Shown one piece after another: positions 48,001-55,637 of a stretch of 64,000 nt of DNA. Under the pieces are notes generated by a model. The model searched no databases and was not told the DNA's origin. It saw nothing but the letters and a program-made list of their open reading frames with translations. Each line of letters begins with the position of its first letter. Within the stretch, counting starts at the first letter, position 1. The position numbers were made by a program, and so were the translations under genes. The stretch is from Escherichia phage cardinal, in the sequence record PQ567651.1. One strand, 5' to 3'.

Positions 48001-48356
48001 AAATGATTGCATATCACGATGAAGCACAGCTTGAAGTAACTCGTGATCTGGTGCATTTTAAATGGTTCTCTAAAGAATCTTTAGGTTGGACTCAAGTTGA
48101 TGATCCAGAGGAACAAAAGAAAATTGATAAAGAATGTTTGGATAAAGTTAATGCCTGGAAAGAAGAGGAAGAGAAGCGTACTGGCAAGATTTGGGCTAAC
48201 GTACATGAATCTCCAAAAGGTGGTTGGTTTACAGCCTACAGTCGTGCTGGAGAATTAGCATCTATTGCTGTTAATAAAGCTGGTGAGTATTACAATCTTA
48301 ATGTACCTCTCACTGCTGGATACGATGTTGGTAGTTCATGGTCAACTTGTCACTGA
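45042..48356 (+). CDS. family A (Pol I/T7-like) DNA polymerase containing an intein
   Basis: N-terminal 3'-5' exonuclease motif FDIESNNL; motif A region GYDFDSLEAKIESHY | intein | CWRYEQ...; downstream AKSVKYGITYGAQAAKVAKTIG aligns with T7 Pol AKTFIYGFLYGAGDEKIG. Confidence 0.85.
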   Translation: MGAFTFDIESNNLLNDESVDYLASPYRLKDSFAMHCIVCESHETGEIIAFHDGDKYLFDGRPYIETDGKYEYRLEEYEHLEYTHFPLKDFPDFVNGTGKFKGNSNYKITKVVGHNIINFDLLAIKLFFKLNYSIKYNTWGNSNIEICDTMILSKTLNPDRFGGHSLAELSKKAGGDVKIDFRKNIPETERFKTFAADMLYYCIYDNKANTAVFRYLMEEWGDYNKWSEPFNLEQRVADIITRQEHRGFAFNMKQAEDNIRDLDARMEACRLEAEPVLPPKPATKGYLKSFIPPKLQFKKNGEPSSNMIKFAEKHSGELVQKEDGWWLFALGKEFKLPIPAEEPICDPTVPATLDDTTHIKNWLVGLGWSPSEYKDKDITLKSGTKIKKDEAQMEKAIRDYVDQTLASNFCQDRCDHLECTPETLEWKLRDRIAKAKGRGVKVLTNPSFTKGQEKDICPNLEALGEKFPYATQIVQYLTYKHRRNSILGGGADWEEDEEDYDKGYLAAVRADGRIPTPAATCDAATSRMKHRLVANIPRVTSLYGYEMRNLFGVEVPKYFQIGYDFDSLEAKIESHYCVPMDAQALTRKGWVGYHDLQEGDEILGYNPETGLKEWTKVKGKVFYKNSKTFEIKGKSHTYRATADHRWYVNTRSKGNTYVPKVRTTAELCTGDNIICNAPFNMEQDQVNSLTSVQQGKWDVPWVERVVNMSHAERVAFLEGFLIADGYWHEHKQKPVWRWAQNPGELFEAALTASYLVHGGNISVAFNTKEQKVKVATLANRSHIPVQSLTIEEWGVEDVWCPQTELGTWVMRQKDCITITGNCWRYEQEPHEYCNALLLEKPNDVHTMMARRISDTIGRKFERSPAKSVKYGITYGAQAAKVAKTIGSDMYTGQLVYDAFWEAAKPLALLKERLHDFWVKTGKKYILGIDGRKVPTRSAHAILNSLFQSGGVICAKRAMVIYDDLIEEEGLAVDFFVDDWKNKSFVQQMIAYHDEAQLEVTRDLVHFKWFSKESLGWTQVDDPEEQKKIDKECLDKVNAWKEEEEKRTGKIWANVHESPKGGWFTAYSRAGELASIAVNKAGEYYNLNVPLTAGYDVGSSWSTCH
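46770..47504 (+). mobile_element. intein (245 aa) with LAGLIDADG-like endonuclease motif in DNA polymerase
   Basis: Starts CVPMDAQALT, ends ...ITITGN with +1 Cys; internal VAFLEGFLIADGYW resembles a LAGLIDADG motif. Confidence 0.65.
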
Positions 48357-48493
48357 CATCTCTTTGATTTTAAAGGAGTTTTTATGTGGAACAATCTGTG
48401 ATTGCCAAGGTTGTTCCGCACTTTTAAACCATTTCATAATTAGATGTTTGAACATCTAGAATAACGCAAAGACCATAAAAGATAGGAGAAAAT

Positions 48494-49087
48494 ATGAATA
48501 TTGAAGATCAAAAAGTACGAGCTTTAGAAGTATTACGTATGTGCCAACTGGTAGATCCGTTTGCAATTGTAGCTGGCGGCGCTGTACGTGATTGGCGATT
48601 AGAGAAACCTGCGCAAGATATTGACATTTACTTGCGTATGCCTAACCACAATACACTCGTACTAGTAGAGAAATTTTTGATGTTGGGTGTTGGTGCACGT
48701 AATGTTAAACAACTTACTAAGCAAACAGAACACACTTATGCCGAACTACCACATTTGAAATGGGTATTTGAAGCATACTATAAAGATCTTAAGTTTAACT
48801 TTATGATCATGGAAGAAGGTGTACGTAGTGAAATCGTATGGAACTTTGATGTAGCTATCTGCCTGTGTTACTGGGATGGTCAAAATTATGTATATCATCC
48901 AGATTTTGAATTTGCATTGAAGACTAATATTTGCACTATTAATCACCGATACACAGGTAAAGAAGCACACGTCCGTAAAATGGCAGAACGTTTCCCTATG
49001 TTCCGCTTTGTAAAAGACGTTTTCATTCCCAAAGAACCAGAAGTACGTACACTAGATTCATTTAACAGTGAAGAATTTAAAATTTAA
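48494..49087 (+). CDS. Pol-beta-superfamily nucleotidyltransferase (CCA-adding enzyme head-domain-like)
   Basis: FAIVAGGAVRDWRLEKPAQDIDIYL matches the GGaVRD...DiD head-domain signature of tRNA nucleotidyltransferases and poly(A) polymerases. Confidence 0.5.
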   Translation: MNIEDQKVRALEVLRMCQLVDPFAIVAGGAVRDWRLEKPAQDIDIYLRMPNHNTLVLVEKFLMLGVGARNVKQLTKQTEHTYAELPHLKWVFEAYYKDLKFNFMIMEEGVRSEIVWNFDVAICLCYWDGQNYVYHPDFEFALKTNICTINHRYTGKEAHVRKMAERFPMFRFVKDVFIPKEPEVRTLDSFNSEEFKI

Positions 49088-49130
49088 GTGTTGACAAACA
49101 TTATAATTATGTGTTATTATGAGGACTTGA

Positions 49131-49529
49131 ATGACAGATAATCGTTCTAAAATCTTAGTCGAGACGTTTTACAGTAGAGAAACTAATCGTCTTGAGCTAA
49201 CCAAAAAAGATGTTGAACCTCAAGATAATACCTTTTTTATTCAAATACTATGTCTCTTTGGTGGATACAATCGTTTAACAGTGAGAGTAGAAAACAAAGA
49301 GATATCTGAAACCACTATCACAAAACGTGAACTTATGCTACTACAGGATACAATACGAGATGTTTTGGATAATCCTGGAAAAGCAAAAGTAATTAATCTT
49401 GGTGGAGAAAAGATACAAATTCTCCATTTTGAAAGTGGTGAAATAGGCTTTGGTATTGGTCTTGGTAAATACCTGTTGGAAGAAACTGACGCTACTCTTT
49501 TACGAGAGTTTTGTGTTAAAGTAATGTAA
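49131..49529 (+). CDS. hypothetical protein
   Basis: 132-aa ORF. Confidence 0.45.
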   Translation: MTDNRSKILVETFYSRETNRLELTKKDVEPQDNTFFIQILCLFGGYNRLTVRVENKEISETTITKRELMLLQDTIRDVLDNPGKAKVINLGGEKIQILHFESGEIGFGIGLGKYLLEETDATLLREFCVKVM

Positions 49530-49545
49530 CTATAGAGGAGAATTT

Positions 49546-50493
49546 ATGCCAGTAATTAATTCTGAAATCGACCGCCGTACTAAAAAAGAAGCATTCTGGG
49601 CTGAAGGTATCGTCGAATATGTCAAACTAGATAAGTTTGATGAAATGAAAGTCTCTTATATTAAGGTTGCAGGTCAGCCAGATAAGAAAATTGAATCAAC
49701 TCACAAAGCATCTCTGCTTATTAAAGAGAAAGGTGCTGGTGCTGATGATAAGGGTGTTTGGGTTAGCCTAGGTGAAGTTAAACTGCACCCAGAACATGAA
49801 AACCTGCAAGTTAAAGATGGTGATAAGTGGATTACTATCGAAAAAGGTGTAGAAGTAACTATGGATGTTAAACCTTCCGAATGGAATGGCAAAACATACT
49901 ACAACTCCTCTAAAGGTAAAATCACTGTTCTTTCAACAGAAGGTGTTCAGCAAGCACAATCTTCTTCAAAAGGTGGAAATAAGCCATCTAATAACGAAGG
50001 TAGCAAGCCTAACTACAAAAAACGTGATACCGTAGGGATTGAAACAGGACACGCTGTAAACGGCGCTCTGGAGCTTCTACGTGCTGGTGTGAAAGGTGAT
50101 GCTTTCGACTTGGCTGGTGTGGTACAATCTGCAACTGTTACTCTGAAAGCAGAAATTGCTAAAGATCGTGGCGTTGATGTGACTGACTATGATCTTGGTG
50201 CTTCAGTTGGACATGCAATTCTTAACGCTTGTCGTGATCATACAGGTAAAACTGTAACGGCAGAAGAGATTATTGAAGCTGCTCGTGAAGTTCTTGCTTT
50301 GTCTGATAAAGTAGCTGCTGCTATCCGTGGAATGTCTACCCCGGTACAAGAAGTTAAGAAAGAAACTAAAAAAGTAGAGAAGAAAGAGCCAGCACCGAAA
50401 GAACCAGAACCTGTTGTTCAAGATTTCGATGATGATATCCCATTTGCTCCTATTGGTTTGCAGTATGGTCGAAACTTCCTGCACTGTTTCTAA
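49546..50493 (+). CDS. putative ssDNA-binding protein with SSB-type acidic tip motif
   Basis: N-terminal OB-fold-like region, G/S/N-rich linker, and DFDDDIPF (the E. coli SSB C-terminal tip) located 15 residues before the actual C-terminus. Confidence 0.45.
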   Translation: MPVINSEIDRRTKKEAFWAEGIVEYVKLDKFDEMKVSYIKVAGQPDKKIESTHKASLLIKEKGAGADDKGVWVSLGEVKLHPEHENLQVKDGDKWITIEKGVEVTMDVKPSEWNGKTYYNSSKGKITVLSTEGVQQAQSSSKGGNKPSNNEGSKPNYKKRDTVGIETGHAVNGALELLRAGVKGDAFDLAGVVQSATVTLKAEIAKDRGVDVTDYDLGASVGHAILNACRDHTGKTVTAEEIIEAAREVLALSDKVAAAIRGMSTPVQEVKKETKKVEKKEPAPKEPEPVVQDFDDDIPFAPIGLQYGRNFLHCF

Positions 50494-50515
50494 TAGTTAA
50501 ATATTGTGTGAATAT

Positions 50516-50541
50516 AAGGAGCCTAACGGCTCCTTTTCTTT
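50516..50541 (+). terminator. intrinsic terminator
   Basis: aaggagcc-taac-ggctcctt followed by ttctttg. Confidence 0.55.
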
Positions 50542-50553
50542 GAAGGAGATATA

Positions 50554-51285
50554 ATGAGCGAATTTGTAAACAACACCGCATTAAACTACCTGCAAACCCT
50601 CGAAAGCAATAGTGTAGATTTGATTCTTACTGACCCGCCATATGCTATTTCTCGTGACACAAATTTTCAGTCTGGAGAGCCTACTGGAAAAGATACGGAT
50701 AGATTCCGTGTATCTTACAACTTTGGTGATTGGGATGTTGTAGATATTCCTTACTTTAAAGAAGTATTCAAAGAAGCCTACAGGGTGCTTAGAAAAGGTG
50801 GTACTTGCATAGTTTGGTATGATATCTGGAAGATCCAGGAGCTACGTGAAATCCTTGAACCGCTTGGTTTTCGTATGTTCCGTACTATCGAATGGATTAA
50901 AACAAACCCTGTACCCATCAACAGTGGTGTTAACTACCTTAGTAACGCTAAAGAGATGGCTATTGTTTGTGTTAAAGGTTCGAAGCCAACCTTCAATGCT
51001 TCCTACCATAAGGGTGTGTTTGAGTATCCTATCTATCAAGGAGCAGATCGTTTTCATCCAACACAAAAACACTTGACTTTGTTTTGTGACCTTATTAATA
51101 TACACACCAACGAAGGAGATGTAGTCTTAGACTTCTTCTCTGGAAGTGCAACAACACAAGTTGCGGCACTTTTAACAGGTAGAGAATACTTAGGCTGTGA
51201 AGCCGATGTAAATATTTTTAAGCAAGCGGAGGAACGACTAAATGAGTACACTGAACAGCAAAATCACCCTGAAAGCACTGATTAA
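50554..51285 (+). CDS. DNA N6-adenine / N4-cytosine methyltransferase (beta class)
   Basis: Motif IV DLILTDPPYAIS near the N-terminus and AdoMet-binding VLDFFSGSATT near the C-terminus. Confidence 0.75.
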   Translation: MSEFVNNTALNYLQTLESNSVDLILTDPPYAISRDTNFQSGEPTGKDTDRFRVSYNFGDWDVVDIPYFKEVFKEAYRVLRKGGTCIVWYDIWKIQELREILEPLGFRMFRTIEWIKTNPVPINSGVNYLSNAKEMAIVCVKGSKPTFNASYHKGVFEYPIYQGADRFHPTQKHLTLFCDLINIHTNEGDVVLDFFSGSATTQVAALLTGREYLGCEADVNIFKQAEERLNEYTEQQNHPESTD

Positions 51286-51673
51286 CAATGGTATGAACCT
51301 GGACTCTGGTCTGTCTCCAAAGATTTCTATGGCACGACTGGAACAAGTTACTGGTCTTCGTCAAGTAAGTAATGGCGGTAAGATTATTCGTGATGACGCT
51401 GTACCTTTTAATAAATTTCAGATTGAACGTCACTACGATCCTGTAACTGCAAGTCTCACTGGTGTAACTTTCTCAGGTTATCGTACTGCCGGATACCAGC
51501 GTAAGGTTGTAGCTGAACGTATTAAGAGTCGCAAACAGAAAATTGCAACATTGAAGAAACTGGTAGAGAAAGATGTTTCAGAACTTCTTAACCTGTATGA
51601 AACTCTTGAAACAAAAGGTGAAGATCATAAACTCTTCTCTAAAGAAGATGTAAGCGTAATTTTCACTGATTAA
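51242..51673 (+). CDS. hypothetical protein
   Basis: 143-aa ORF overlapping the methyltransferase 3' end; true start may be further in. Confidence 0.4.
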   Translation: MSTLNSKITLKALINNGMNLDSGLSPKISMARLEQVTGLRQVSNGGKIIRDDAVPFNKFQIERHYDPVTASLTGVTFSGYRTAGYQRKVVAERIKSRKQKIATLKKLVEKDVSELLNLYETLETKGEDHKLFSKEDVSVIFTD

Positions 51674-51683
51674 GATAAAAGAA

Positions 51684-51710
51684 AAGGAGCCTATTGGCTC
51701 CTTTTTGTTT
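51684..51710. terminator. bidirectional intrinsic terminator between convergent blocks
   Basis: aaggagcc-tatt-ggctcctt flanked by an A-run and a T-run; separates plus-strand replication genes from minus-strand tail genes. Confidence 0.6.
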
Positions 51711-53595
51711 ATGTAACATTGACTGTAAATCTGACAAGAGGTGATAACACGTCATTATCAGCATCATAGTGTGCAACATCAAACGCTGTTGTACCTGCTG
51801 CAAATCCATATTGTTCAACCTGATCTGCATAAGTAAATGTGTAAGTGTTAGTATCCAGGGTTTGTTCTGTAAGAGTTGCTGTTGTGAGGACGTTTACATT
51901 TCGGAAGTAATGTTTAGTATATCCTGCTGGTTCCCAAGAGATAATTGCATCTTGGTTAGCTTGTCTTACAGCGGCTCCTCCTGTTGGAACAGACATATCA
52001 ACCCAAACAGGTGACGTTGATGTTAAATCTGTACCGTCTGCTGCTGATTTAGCAAGTTTTGTAGCTGCTGTTTGGTATACAGAAGAAATATAATGGATAC
52101 GACCATCAATACCTTCTTCATAAACATAACCACTGTAACGTTCAGCACCATCTACCCAAGAACCAATGATAACATCATCACGTGCTGTAGAGATGGTTCT
52201 TTGTACATTTCTGTACTTCTGCCAATCCACACCATTAACTTCTACACCATATAAATAAGAACGTCCTAGGATCTGCCAAACAATTTTTGCTTGAGAAGCA
52301 GGAACTATTGTACGCATCTTATCAAAGATAGCTATCGTAGCATCATGGTAACGTGTAGTGTTACTGTACCTACCTGCAACAGTCGAAGATGCTGATACAG
52401 CATCATTTTCACCTTGTCCCCAAATAATTGCTTTAACCTTACTTGCATAAGGTGTGACTTTAGTGATAAAGTTAGTTAAGCATGGCCCATCTGCTGTGTT
52501 ATCCAGATCATACCAGTAGTTGTCTGGTGTACCTGTTCCAGCTTTATCGTCAGCATATTTATCTGCTGCTGATGATCCAGAAGCTGTATTTAACGGAAGA
52601 ACTTCAGCATTTGCTAAACCACGTTGCGTAGCATATGCATTACGGGCTGTTGTGCTACCCATTGCTGCTTTATTTGCACCAGATAGTTCTGTAAAGTGTG
52701 CATTTACGTTATCTTGTCCAGCAAAGACAATAACTTCTTTAATGAACGAATCATCTGTAGCTATTGAGTTATTAAAGATAACGGCTGCTGCTTTGGTGCT
52801 CTTAACGCTAATTTTAAGGTATGTTGGAGCAAACCCATAAAGAGGAATAGAGTCAGAGATATCAAAGTAGGCGTAAGTATTCGTGGTTGTTGTAGTCCAC
52901 TGAACACTATTATTACTTAAATCTAATACTTCTACAGTATAAGTATCACCATCTAGCGGATCAGCTACATCCCAAGCAACACGAACGTCTCCATAGCTGT
53001 TTGCCACGGCTGTTACATTAGAGATAACAGGAATAGCATTAACACCTAAATAAGAACTATCAGAGGCCACCACTGTTCCTTGATAAGTTGCAGTACAACC
53101 TATACGGCAATTACCATCTTTAAGAGCAGTTATTAATCCTGTAGGGCTTACAGTAGCTACTTCTGGATCTGTTGTGGTGTACGTAATTACCATGTCTGGA
53201 AGATCTTTAGCACCTTCTGGACTGATTGTAGCAACCAACTGTTGAGTAGTGCCTACATCCATAGCCGATAGACTTTCAGAGTACACACTTAATTCTGAAG
53301 CATAACCACCAGATTGATCAGTTAAGACAGCACCTAAATTATTTTTAGCTGTCATTATTGCATCAAAACCACCTTCGGCAACAAACTCCATCATACCACT
53401 ATTATCTATAACCATTTTGGTATTATCTGAAGATGAAAAAGCTATATCAAATAATGCACCATCTTCCGGTGTAACTGTGTATGTCAGTTGTTTTTTACCA
53501 CCAACTATTGCAATACCAATAGAGGAAGTAGTTATAGATGTAGCTGTTACTACTGAAGCTGATGTTGTTGACATAAATAAAGGAATAGGATACAT
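51709..53595 (-). CDS. tail fibre / tailspike protein with Big_2-like domain and SASA/SGNH-like esterase domain
   Basis: YTTTDPEVATVSPTGLITALKDGNCRI (bacterial Ig-like); VIVFAGQDNVNAHF and KAIIWGQGENDA resemble the GQSNM and QGESD blocks of sialate-O-acetylesterase-type esterases. Confidence 0.55.
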   Translation of the reverse strand: MYPIPLFMSTTSASVVTATSITTSSIGIAIVGGKKQLTYTVTPEDGALFDIAFSSSDNTKMVIDNSGMMEFVAEGGFDAIMTAKNNLGAVLTDQSGGYASELSVYSESLSAMDVGTTQQLVATISPEGAKDLPDMVITYTTTDPEVATVSPTGLITALKDGNCRIGCTATYQGTVVASDSSYLGVNAIPVISNVTAVANSYGDVRVAWDVADPLDGDTYTVEVLDLSNNSVQWTTTTTNTYAYFDISDSIPLYGFAPTYLKISVKSTKAAAVIFNNSIATDDSFIKEVIVFAGQDNVNAHFTELSGANKAAMGSTTARNAYATQRGLANAEVLPLNTASGSSAADKYADDKAGTGTPDNYWYDLDNTADGPCLTNFITKVTPYASKVKAIIWGQGENDAVSASSTVAGRYSNTTRYHDATIAIFDKMRTIVPASQAKIVWQILGRSYLYGVEVNGVDWQKYRNVQRTISTARDDVIIGSWVDGAERYSGYVYEEGIDGRIHYISSVYQTAATKLAKSAADGTDLTSTSPVWVDMSVPTGGAAVRQANQDAIISWEPAGYTKHYFRNVNVLTTATLTEQTLDTNTYTFTYADQVEQYGFAAGTTAFDVAHYDADNDVLSPLVRFTVNVT

Positions 53596-53612
53596 TTAAT
53601 CTCCTTAAACAA

Positions 53613-53632
53613 TAAGCCCCCGAAGGGGCTTT
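53613..53632 (-). terminator. intrinsic terminator
   Basis: agcccc-cgaa-ggggct followed on the minus strand by ttattgttt. Confidence 0.5.
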
Positions 53633-53634
53633 GA

Positions 53635-55596
53635 TTATGTGCGTTTAGCAACAATAGCATCCACGTAATCACCAACACCACAATATGTTAGTTGTAGTAT
53701 TGTTACTCCGTTAGGATTTGTATTAATATCACTAGAACCAATTACTTTGTAAGATGGGTCTAAAGTAACAGTACGACCCCCAGTGGCATCTTGGATAAGA
53801 TAAACTATTGCAGAGAATGGTTTAGGTTTTGTGCTATCTTCGACACCAGGCCATGCTTTTATAGTAGAGTTACCAGTAAGATTCAACACATTCATGTTAT
53901 GTGTTCCTGGAGGTGTCCAGTCCCCTGTAACAGAGTTGTTGGTGTATGCTGTAACCTCTATAAAATTAGTTGTTACTTTTGTTGGAACTATATCTTGACC
54001 ATCTACAGAACTAGTGAGTTCTTCCCATGCTCCATCTTTACGAGCATAGATCTTACCGTCACTAGGTGCATCTGTGATGCTAGGTAGTGTACCTTGAGAA
54101 GTCCAGACAGTTGCAGATGTTTTTAAGAACACCTCACCAGTGGAGATATTAAAGGCATAATCACCTTGTTTACCATCACTAGAAATTGGATCTGTTGTTT
54201 TAACAATCCAATTTGCACCATCCGTACCGTTAGTACCAGCGTCACCTTTCTCACCCTTATCACCTTTCAAACTACCCATATCTACATATTCAGCAGTTTG
54301 AGTTTGTTCATTATAGGTGTAAATGTAAAGATGACCTGTATCTTCCGTCAGATAAGCATCACCGTAATTGGCTGTAGGAGGAAGCGCACTTGCAGACGCA
54401 ACGTGTCCTTTTGCAGTGATTGGAGTACCAGCTAAACGACCAACATTTGTCCACTCTGTGGCTCCTTGCAACCAGACCCAAAGTTCATTATTGATCAGAT
54501 AACCATCACCCTCTTCTCCAGTTTGTGGTAGTTCAGAAGTGTCAGTCAGAATATCAATAATGGTCAACCCTGCACCAGTTGGCCCCGTCAAGCCTTGTAT
54601 ACCCTGCTTACCTTGATCACCCTTGTCTCCCTTATCACCTTTTTCTCCTTTCAGAGAGGCAATATATTCGTCAATAGTACCAACGTTACCAGCGTTTAAC
54701 CAGACTTGATAAGCTGAATCACCAGTGTTACCCTTATCTCCTTTGTCGCCTTTATCTCCTTTTGGCCCCACTATAGCACCCATATTGATCCATTCTACAC
54801 CGTTTGACACGTATAGATATGTACCAATACTCCATGCTTGAGATGTGTTTCCAGGAGATGCAGAAGGAAGATCTGAAACGGAATTAGCTGCACCTTGGTA
54901 ATCAAAACCATTAGCATTGTTACCTGGTACACCTTGTGGCCCCTCTGGGCCAGGCTCCCCTTTATCACCTTTAATTGAAGCAAGATAATCTAGTTCTGTA
55001 CCTTGGTTTCCTGCTGCAAGCCAAACTTGATAAGCTGATTTACCTTCTGGCCCCTGTGAGTTTACTTTTCTCCAAGCAGTACCATCCCAAGCATACATAT
55101 TCTCGCCTACAATCCATGCATCTCCTGCATTGTTTCCGGTTGTAGGTAATTGGTTGGTATTAGATAGTGTCCCTAGCAGCTTTAATGGAGCACCTGGATC
55201 ACCTTTTAAAGAAGCCAACCAGTCTGTCTCAGTACCTTGGAAACCATTGTCTACGGCAATCTGGTAAGCTGATTTACCAGCTTCTGGAATGGATTCTCTA
55301 AGATCTTCAATTTCAGCTTCAATAGCATCTAATTCTGATTCTATTTGAGCAATGTCATCTGCATTACCCACATTTTTCCAAGCTGTATCTGAAATCCCTC
55401 CAGTAGATGTAGGAGTAGAGTTAGCAGGTACAACTTTAGGTAGAGAACCTTTCCACTGATAGTAGTTACCGTCAGTTTCAAAGAGCAATGCTTCACGAGC
55501 ATCTCTTAAGGTAAAACCACTTGCAAAACTTCTACGCTTTCTATAGCGAGACTCTACCATGTCTGCAATGGCACTATTTGGACGTGTTAAAATCAC
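53635..55596 (-). CDS. tail fibre protein with collagen-like Gly-X-Y tracts and phage tail-fibre repeats
   Basis: GDKGEPGPEGPQGVPG, GPKGDKGDKGDKGNTG, GEKGDKGDKGDQGKQGIQG tracts; three copies of SAYQ(V/I)..(A/N)G..GTE.D(W/Y)(L/I)ASLKG. Confidence 0.75.
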   Translation of the reverse strand: MILTRPNSAIADMVESRYRKRRSFASGFTLRDAREALLFETDGNYYQWKGSLPKVVPANSTPTSTGGISDTAWKNVGNADDIAQIESELDAIEAEIEDLRESIPEAGKSAYQIAVDNGFQGTETDWLASLKGDPGAPLKLLGTLSNTNQLPTTGNNAGDAWIVGENMYAWDGTAWRKVNSQGPEGKSAYQVWLAAGNQGTELDYLASIKGDKGEPGPEGPQGVPGNNANGFDYQGAANSVSDLPSASPGNTSQAWSIGTYLYVSNGVEWINMGAIVGPKGDKGDKGDKGNTGDSAYQVWLNAGNVGTIDEYIASLKGEKGDKGDKGDQGKQGIQGLTGPTGAGLTIIDILTDTSELPQTGEEGDGYLINNELWVWLQGATEWTNVGRLAGTPITAKGHVASASALPPTANYGDAYLTEDTGHLYIYTYNEQTQTAEYVDMGSLKGDKGEKGDAGTNGTDGANWIVKTTDPISSDGKQGDYAFNISTGEVFLKTSATVWTSQGTLPSITDAPSDGKIYARKDGAWEELTSSVDGQDIVPTKVTTNFIEVTAYTNNSVTGDWTPPGTHNMNVLNLTGNSTIKAWPGVEDSTKPKPFSAIVYLIQDATGGRTVTLDPSYKVIGSSDINTNPNGVTILQLTYCGVGDYVDAIVAKRT

Positions 55597-55613
55597 TTTA
55601 CTACTCCTTTTAT

Positions 55614-55636
55614 AAAGGGGCTTTCGCCCCTTTTTA
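55614..55636 (-). terminator. intrinsic terminator
   Basis: ggggc-tttc-gcccc flanked by T-runs. Confidence 0.5.
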
Positions 55637-55637
55637 A

